Assembly (NCBI RefSeq): GCF_006345805.1
Contig: NW_021830079.1
Coordinates: 1-6,021 of the forward strand
Source of the DNA: Octopus sinensis
Lineage: Eukaryota
Direction: 5' to 3'
DNA length: 6,021 nucleotides
Below the pieces are notes generated by a model. The model made no database searches and was not told the DNA's origin. It saw only the letters and a program-made list of their open reading frames with translations. Position numbers and translations under genes: made by a program. Below are positions 1-5,847 of this stretch, in pieces; position 1 is the first letter of the stretch, and the number at the start of each line of letters is the position of its first letter.

Positions 1-20
1 GCTTGACTGTGTGCTTACAC

Positions 21-48
21 GTGTGTGTATGTGTGTGTGTGTGTGTGT
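21..48. repeat. (TG)n microsatellite
   Basis: GT dinucleotide run with one interruption (gtat at 27-30). Confidence 0.95.
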
Positions 49-227
49 CAGTTAATGGTACATGGTTCTTCGATGGATCTGAGTGTGTAGAACCACAATA
101 CATAACTACATCGCTTTATGAGCCATGTAGGACTCTTCTTTGCTTTAGCTAGTCCAGCTACAAATAACAGCTAAATATCCCTCATGTCACTCCCTACGCT
201 GTACAAAATGATATTCATAGATTATGC

Positions 228-525
228 TTGGTCCTTCTCGAGCCATGCCTGGCTCATAAGGGCCGGTTTCCCGGTTTCCTTGGCGTATAGGTTCCCCATC
301 TAGACGGGACGCCGGTCCGTCACAGGTGAGCTGCAAGATGCAGGAGGAAAGAGTGAGAGAAAGTTGTGGTGAAAGAGTCAGCAGAAATTCGCCATTACCT
401 TCTGCCGGAGCCGCGTGGAGCTTAGGTTTTTCGCTCATAAACACACACATCACCCGGTCTGAGATTCGAACCCGCGATCCCTCCACCGCGAGTCCGCTGC
501 TCTAACCACTAGGCCATGTGCCTCC
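228..525 (-). mobile_element. tRNA-derived SINE, full length (head A / body X / tail 1)
   Basis: The minus strand starts GGAGGCACATGGCCTAGTGGTTAGAGC. Pol III A box TGGCCTAGTGG (506-516) and B box GGTTCGAATCT (462-472). TSD TTC[A/T]TAGATTATG at 214-226 and 528-540. Head and body are homologous to 3350-3553, and the tail is homologous to 945-1020. Confidence 0.85.
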
Positions 526-822
526 CCTTCTTAGATTATGGTGTGGGAAAATAAAAAGCGAGACGGCCATCGCTGGAACGCCTTTGAATATATAGATCTA
601 CTATTTCAGGGCTGACATGGTTCTAAATAACAACGTGAGGGATAAGCGCATTGGATGATGTAGTCATGGATACACTATATCTGAGAGTGTGTCTGAATAC
701 CATTTTTTATAGAGTCTACTGGTCAAGCCTGACCTGGGGTTAAACACCAACATGAACAACCACAGCAAGAAAAGCAAGAAGGAACATAAAAACATTGTTT
801 TAGATAGGCTATGTCATATAGG

Positions 823-1052
823 GTGTCAGCATCATGATCGTAAGATTGTGGTTTCGATTCCTGGACCGGGCGACGCGTTGTGTTCTTGAGCAAAACATTT
901 CATTTCACGCTGCTCTAGTCCACTCAGCTGTCAAAAATGAGTAACGCTGCGATGGACTGGCGTCCCGTCCAGCTGGGGAACACATACGCCATTGAAACCG
1001 GGAAACCGTGCTCATGAGCTTGGCTAGGCTTTAAAAGGGTGCGTTTATTTTT
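823..1052 (+). mobile_element. 5'-truncated tRNA-derived SINE (CORE-like body, tail 1)
   Basis: Exact 13-bp TSD TATGTCATATAGG at 810-822 and 1053-1065. B-box-like GGTTTCGATTCC, then GACCGGGCG as in the other heads. GTTGTGTTCTTGAGCAAAACA resembles the SINE CORE domain. The 3' part GGACTGGCGTCCCGTC..GGGGAAC..GAAACCGGGAAACCG matches the tail of the 228-525 element. Confidence 0.85.
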
Positions 1053-1288
1053 TATGTCATATAGGTGAACAATCTTTGCAGATGAGGATTGACTTGGGTC
1101 TAAATGACGGCAACAAGGAGAAACACATTAGATAGTGCAGTCCTTGATACACTAGGTCCGAATGAAAGACGGTGGTCATAGCTGGAACAATGTTTATAGA
1201 TAAAAGCTAACTTGGGTCTAAGCAACAACAGCAACAACAAGGAAAATACATTAGATGATGTTGTCCAAGGTACACCATATCCGAAAAA

Positions 1289-1702
1289 GGCGGCCAGCTG
1301 GCAGAATCGTTAGCACGCCGGGCGAAATGCTTACCGGTATTTCGTCTGCCGTTACGTTCTGAGTTCAAATTCTGCCGAGGTCGACTTTGCCTTTCATCCT
1401 TTCGGGGTCGATTAAATAAGTACCAGTTACGCACTGGGGTCAATGTAATCGACTTAATCCGTTTGTCTGTCCTTGTTTGTCCCCTCTGTGTTTAGCCCCT
1501 TGTGGGTAGTAAAGAAATAGGTATTTCGTCTGTCACTACGTTCTGAGTTCAAATTCCGCCGGGGTCGACCTTGCCTTTCATCCTTTCGGAGTCGATAAAT
1601 TAAGTACCAGTCACGCACTGGGGTCAATGTAATCGACTTAATCCGTGTGTCTGTCCTTGTTTGTCCTCTCTGTGTTTAGCCCCTTGTGGGTAGTAAAGAA
1701 AT
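1289..1702 (+). mobile_element. tRNA-derived SINE with an internal 184-bp tandem duplication
   Basis: Head GGCGGCCAGCTGGCAGAATCG (A-box-like) and GAGTTCAAATTC (B-box-like). Units 1336-1519 and 1520-1703 differ at about 12 positions. Imperfect TSD AGGTACAC[C/T]ATATCC[G/A]AA at 1268-1285 and 1703-1720. Confidence 0.85.
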
Positions 1703-1949
1703 AGGTACACTATATCCAAATGAAAGACAAAGAAGTCATGGCTGGAACAATTTTTACCGATGATGATTGATTTAAGTCTAAATAACAACAACGAGGGAAA
1801 ACACCAAATATTGTAGTCCAAGTTACACTATATTTAAATGAACGACGGAATGGTCGTGGCTGGAATATCTTTCATCAAGGCGGCGGGTGGGTAAAAAAAC
1901 AAAACGAAAAAACTTGTCGCTGTATTTCATGCTTAACCCATTTTAACCC

Positions 1950-1971
1950 ACTGTCCTCGTTTGGGGACAGT
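1950..1971. other. GC-rich 9-bp hairpin
   Basis: ACTGTCCTC-GTTT-GGGGACAGT (one G-T pair), directly abutting the left arm of the 64-bp inverted repeat. Confidence 0.6.
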
Positions 1972-2549
1972 TGTATTTGGTTTATTTGCTGCAATAAAGG
2001 TTAACTGGACATTTCCGTATGTTTGTTATCCCTGTTTACTCTTTACTCTTTTACTTGTTTCAGTCATTTGACTGCGGCCATGCTGGAGCACCACCTTTAG
2101 TCGAGCAAATCGACCCCCAGGACTTATTCTTTGTAAGCCTAGTACTAATTCTATCGGTCTCTTTTTGCCGAACCGCTAAGTTACGGGGACGTAAACACAC
2201 CAGCATCGGTTGCCAAGCGTTGTTGAGGGGGACAAACACAGACACACAAACACACACACACCCACATACATATATATATATATATACATATAAACGACGG
2301 GCTTCTTTCAGTTTCCGTCTACCAAATCCACTCACAAGGCTTTGGTCGGCCCGAGGCTATAGTAGAAGACATTTGCCTAAGGTGCCACGCAGTGGGACTG
2401 AACCCGGTACCATGTAGTTGGTAAGCAAGCTACTTACCACACAACCACTTAACCCTGTCGAAATTTTCTAAATAGTTATATATAAACAGGGATAACAAAC
2501 ATACGGAAGCGTCCAGTTAACCTTTATTGCAGTAAATAAACCAAATATA
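1972..2549. repeat. 64-bp inverted repeat (foldback) later split by a SINE
   Basis: 1972-2035 is the reverse complement of 2486-2549 with 4 mismatches. The residual spacer 2459-2485 is 27 bp. Confidence 0.85.
2036..2448 (-). mobile_element. tRNA-derived SINE with internal (CA)/(TA) microsatellite
   Basis: The minus-strand head has an A-box-like TGGTTGTGTGG, a B box GGTTCAGTCCC and a CORE-like GGCACCTTAGGCAAATGTCTT. Microsatellite at ~2236-2292. Simple-repeat tail (TTTACTC)n on +. TSD TTA[T/A]CCCTGT at 2026-2035 and 2449-2458. Confidence 0.88.
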
Positions 2550-3162
2550 GTCACAACGTAACGAAAGTAAATCCACTATTAAGTAACCAATGGCAACTGT
2601 TGTGATTTTGGAAAACTACCAACCATATTTGAACACGTGGATCCCTAGCGGCAGTTACTGTACAGGAGATAATCACTTTTGGATTAATCTTAAATCATGA
2701 CGTGGTGAGGAATTTTAATTTTAAATCAAAGAGTAACAAAGATGCACCGAATAAACAAATTTGATATTCCTATTCATTACAAATACTATTAGCCATAGGT
2801 ATCCTTGAATAGCACCATTCTATTCTTATTTGGAACCAAGAACATGATATAACCCAAGGCAAACACATTGCACCAAATTACACCATTTTAGGAAGCGAAA
2901 TAGTTTAGAAGAAATTCAAGAAATGCGTGTTTTCAGTGCTAGGTTAAGCTTGACAGAACAAACAAGTGATAAAAGGCACTCCCTCTGGCTATGATGATTA
3001 CATTTATTTTCAGGCCTACCATATTTATAACAACAATATTTAATGTGTACTTTCTCTTTATAAGACGCTAGTGATTTGACTTAACGGTGATTTGACTGCT
3101 ATTTCTAACAGAATGAAGTGGCGATCCTTGGATTCAATAAACATATCAGTTGTTGTTGCTGT

Positions 3163-3553
3163 TTGTTTGTTGAGCGAAGCGGTCTTCGTCCCAGAGCTCG
3201 CAGGATCGTGCCTCTGTAGTGGGAGAAGTCCGAAATGTGGTCCTTTGCTATTCGTAAGACCCGCAAAAGAGAAAGCAGGTCAACCTCCGAACATCGACGG
3301 ATGGATGAATGCGCATCCAGGCTCAGCGGTTGCGTAGGAAGTCGGGGACAAGAAACAGGAAGAAAGAGTAAGAGAAAGTTGGAGGGAAAGAGTACAACAG
3401 GGGTCTCCACCACCCAATGTTGGAGGCTCGTGGAGCTTTAGGTGTTTCAGGTGTTTTCGCTCAATAAGCACACACAACGCCCGGTCTGGGAATCGAAACC
3501 GTGATCCTCCGACCGCGAGTCCATTGCCCTAACCACTGGGCCATTGCGCCTCC
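3163..3553 (-). mobile_element. tRNA-derived SINE, full length (head A / body X / tail 2)
   Basis: The minus strand starts GGAGGCGCAATGGCCCAGTGGTTAGGGC, with A box TGGCCCAGTGG and B-box-like GGTTTCGATTCC. AAC-type tail. TSD TGTTGTTGCTGT at 3151-3162 and 3556-3567. There is a 9-bp internal duplication AGGTGTTT[C/T] at 3440-3457. Confidence 0.85.
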
Positions 3554-3711
3554 ACTGTTGTTGCTGTCTCTGTTTAACTTCAAATTATGTGTTCATGTTG
3601 ATTAATGACCAAAGTCTCCAACAACCTTATGCTAACTGACATATTTAAACAGAGATCGCCAAACATCGAGAATATAGATGTCAACCATTTTGCATTTTAT
3701 ACATTTTTAGC

Positions 3712-3975
3712 TGTTTCAGTCAGTGGACTGAGGTCATGTTGGGGCAACACACTGAAGGGTTAAAGGCGCACAAATCGGCACCAGTTCTTATTTTCAAGTC
3801 TGTTACATATGAAATCGATCACTTTAGCCGAACCGCGATGTTACAAGGAGATAAACAAGCCAACACCAGTTGTTAAGTGGTAGGAGACGGACTCAATCTC
3901 AGACAGACACGCATATATATATATATATACACACACACATCCACATCCATCCAGCCCTCTTTTTGCGTCCGACCG
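3712..3975 (-). mobile_element. Old, diverged 3' part of the same SINE family as 2036-2448
   Basis: Colinear similarity to 2055-2320: TTTCAGTCA.TGGACTG.GG.CATG.TGG.GCA, CAAATCG, GCCGAACCGC..GTTAC, followed by the same CA/TA microsatellite at ~3900-3945. Confidence 0.7.
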
Positions 3976-4433
3976 TGGTCATTGTAACATCGATATTTTC
4001 CCTGTATTTGTGAAAGTTTTGTATCTCTGCCGTAAGGCTTCGTTTGCACACACGCCAGCTGAATTCAATTCGTCCCCAGTCAAAAGACACCTGTTGTTTT
4101 GTTCTGTTATTATTATTTTTATTTTTATTGTATTTTGTATTTATATTTGTGTAACATCGTCTGTTTTCTCGTCCTTGTTTTCGTATACATTCGATGCTTT
4201 CTTCAAAGGAATCTAACGCTCTTAGCTTAGTTTTTCCTTGGGGCTGGCGAGATTGGAGCAATCTCAAGATTAATCAGCCGAAATTGCGAGGATGATCCAG
4301 TTCTTGACTGAGGATAGAAAGCTTCGAATGACCAGTCCTTGTTTTTTTTTTTTGCATCGTCTATCTCGATGTTTTGTTGTCCCTTTTTGTATCACCTAGT
4401 TGTCTGGATGTTTTGCGTTCTTGTCCAATTTTG

Positions 4434-4439
<6 letters not shown>

Positions 4440-4465
<26 letters not shown>
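4440..4465. repeat. (TA)n tract, left flank of the foldback dimer
   Basis: Pure TA run. Its end overlaps the arm terminus ATAATAG. Confidence 0.95.
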
Positions 4466-4631
4466 ATAGTTATCGCCATACTAATATGGCATTCTTATAA
4501 AAATAAGAAAAAAGCTGTCCGCTTATTAGCTTCATGAGGCCATCGCCTTAAGTTAGCTATTTGATACACAAACTGTATTCATATAACCTTCGAACAAGGG
4601 AGGTCAGTCGCTCCACACTACTTGACCGGCA

Positions 4632-4673
4632 GCTACAGACCCGTTTCGGGGTATTGCCCCTTTTCAATGCAGC
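4632..4673 (-). ncRNA. Minimal type I hammerhead ribozyme motif (copy A1)
   Basis: The minus strand reads GCUGCA UUGAAAA GGGG CAAUA CCCC GAAA CGGG UC UGUAGC. Predicted cleavage is between 4638 and 4637. Stem III ACGGGU is not palindromic in this copy. Confidence 0.6.
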
Positions 4674-4858
4674 GTAGCCAGCCAGTAGGTGTCGCTTCCG
4701 ACAATCTCTGTTCGATGGTTTTATTTACCTAGTTTCGGTGGAATACATCCACTTGTTTTATATTTCTATTATTGAAAACAAGTGGAGTATTCCACCGAAA
4801 CTAGGTAAATAAAACCATCGAACAGAGATTGTCGGAAGCGACACCACTGGCTGGCTAC

Positions 4859-4899
4859 GCTGCATTGAAAAGGGCAATACCCCGAAACGCGTCTGTAGC
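4859..4899 (+). ncRNA. Minimal type I hammerhead ribozyme motif (copy B1)
   Basis: Stem I GCUGCA/UGUAGC, core UUGAAAA (4865-4871), stem II GGG-CAAUAC-CCC, GAAA (4884-4887), palindromic ACGCGU, and GUC cleavage triplet ending at 4893. Stem I extends through UGGCUGGC (4848-4855)/GCCGGUCA (4902-4909). Confidence 0.7.
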
Positions 4900-5125
4900 T
4901 TGCCGGTCAAGTAGTGTGGAGCGACTGACCTCCCTTGTTCGAAGGTTATATGGATACACGTTTGTGTTCAAATAGCTAACTTAAGCGATGGCCTCATGGA
5001 GCTAATAAGCGGACAGCTTTTTCTATTTTTAAGAATGCCATATTAGTATGGCGATAACTATTATTTTCCGGGAACGCGTGCCGCTGTTCTCTTTTAGAGA
5101 GACTTAGTTATTTTAATATTTCTAT

Positions 5126-5141
5126 TATATATATATATATA
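5126..5141. repeat. Short (TA)n tract between the two foldback units
   Basis: TA run joining the tail of unit 1 to arm A of unit 2. Confidence 0.9.
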
Positions 5142-5305
5142 ATAGTTATCGCCATACTAATATGGCATTCTTATAAAAATAAGAAAAAAGCTGTCCGCTT
5201 ATTAGCTTCATGAGGCCATCGCCTAAGTTAGCTATTTGATACACAAACTGTATTCATATAACCTTCGAACAAGGGAGGTCAGGCGCTCCACACTACTTGA
5301 CCGCA

Positions 5306-5347
5306 GCTACAGACCCGTTTTCGGGTATTGCCCCTTTTCAATGCAGC
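5306..5347 (-). ncRNA. Minimal type I hammerhead ribozyme motif (copy A2)
   Basis: The minus strand reads GCUGCA UUGAAAA GGGG CAAUA CCC GAAAA CGGG UC UGUAGC, a homopolymer shift relative to A1. Predicted cleavage is between 5312 and 5311. Confidence 0.5.
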
Positions 5348-5534
5348 GTAGCCAGCCAGTAGGTGTCGCTTCCGACAATCTCTGTTCGATGGTTTTATTT
5401 ACCTAGTTCGGTGGAATACATCCACTTGTTTTAATATTTCTATTATTGAAAACAAGTGGATGTATTTCACCGAAACTAGGTAAATAAAACCATCGAACAG
5501 AGATTGTCGGAAGCGACACCTACTGGCTGGCTAC

Positions 5535-5575
5535 GCTGCATTGAAAAGGGCAATACCCCGAAACGCGTCTGTATC
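5535..5575 (+). ncRNA. Minimal type I hammerhead ribozyme motif (copy B2)
   Basis: GCUGCA UUGAAAA GGG CAAUA CCCC GAAA CGCG UC UGUAUC. The GUC triplet ends at 5569. There is one stem I mismatch (T5574). Confidence 0.6.
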
Positions 5576-5801
5576 TGCCGGTCAGTAGTGTGGGGAGCGA
5601 CTGACCTCCCTTGTTCGAAGGTTATATGGATACAGTTTGTGTATCAAATAGCTAACTTAAGGCGATGGCCTCATGGAGCTAATAAGCGGACAGCTTTTTT
5701 CTTATTTTTATAAGAATGCCATATAGTATGGCGATAACTATTATTTTCCGGGAACGCTGCCGCTGTTCTCTTTTAGAGAGACTTAGTTATTTTAATATTT
5801 C

Positions 5802-5806
<5 letters not shown>

Positions 5807-5841
<35 letters not shown>
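5807..5841. repeat. (TA)n tract, right flank of the foldback dimer
   Basis: Pure TA run. Confidence 0.95.

Positions 5842-5847
<6 letters not shown>

Larger units (their letters stand above)
545..1875 (+). repeat. Decayed tandem array, ~117-125 bp unit, about 6 units, interrupted by two SINEs
   Basis: Recurring anchors: GCTGGAA (572, 1181, 1741, 1859), G[AGT]TACAC[TC]A (669, 1146, 1269/1704, 1822), and [CT]TAA..AAC tails (623, 740, 1100, 1218, 1778). Spacing is 117-125 bp once the SINE insertions of 243 and 435 bp are subtracted. Confidence 0.75.
4463..5126. mobile_element. Foldback unit 1: arm A (4463-4759), A/T loop (4760-4774), inverted arm B (4775-5064), ~60-bp tail. Probable Penelope-like/retrozyme-type non-autonomous insertion
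   Basis: Arm B is the reverse complement of arm A apart from 3 substitutions and scattered 1-bp indels. Each arm has a hammerhead motif, and the unit sits in (TA)n. The structure is read directly; the family assignment is inferred. Confidence 0.7.
5139..5805. mobile_element. Foldback unit 2: arm A (5139-5432), loop (5433-5448), inverted arm B (5449-5744), tail (5745-5805)
   Basis: Direct repeat of unit 1 at a 676-bp period with identical breakpoints. The differences are almost all single-base indels in homopolymers. Confidence 0.7.

Noticed and set aside
455-525. Genuine tRNA genes at SINE heads (also 2390-2448 and 3480-3553)
   Set aside because: A and B boxes are present, but the heads run into SINE bodies and are flanked by TSDs, and I could not fold a proper cloverleaf.
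545-1875. CRISPR array
   Set aside because: The context is eukaryotic, the whole unit is degenerate rather than conserved repeats with unique spacers, and there are no cas genes.
1933-1949. TTAACCC repeats as piggyBac termini or telomeric repeats (also 2449 and GGGTTAA at ~3756)
   Set aside because: There are no matching extended TIRs. The 2449 copy is part of a TSD, the ~3756 copy lies in a SINE remnant, and two copies do not make a telomeric array.
2550-3150. Possible small exon after TTATTTTTCAG (~3003-3013)
   Set aside because: An acceptor-like motif alone is common in AT-rich DNA. There is no convincing donor or reading-frame support.
187-4267. All listed ORFs (65-132 aa) as protein-coding genes
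   Set aside because: They overlap SINEs, microsatellites or low-complexity DNA (YIYIY, CVCVC and NKNNN runs). The shared LSLTLSSC peptide in 187..486 and 3280..3477 simply reflects the shared SINE body. No recognisable domain is present.
4242-4340. Additional hammerhead from CTGAGGA and stem-GAAA motifs (and UUGAAGA...GAAA on the minus strand near 4180-4205)
   Set aside because: I could not build consistent stems I, II and III around the core motifs in any permutation.
4463-5064. Classical TIR DNA transposon or MITE
   Set aside because: The inverted repeats are not terminal: a ~60-bp tail lies outside them on one side only, in both units, and its end recurs in the apex. The hammerhead motif also points to a retro-type origin. 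Not fully excluded.
4760-5138. Unsplit PacBio SMRTbell read (forward/reverse passes)
   Set aside because: Neither turn contains adapter sequence. The two turns differ (15-nt loop versus tail plus TA), and the loop is explained by the element's own sequence. Other assembly artefacts remain possible.
5504-5713. 69-aa ORF in arm B2
   Set aside because: It is not preserved in the other three arm copies because of indels, and it has no RT or GIY-YIG motifs.
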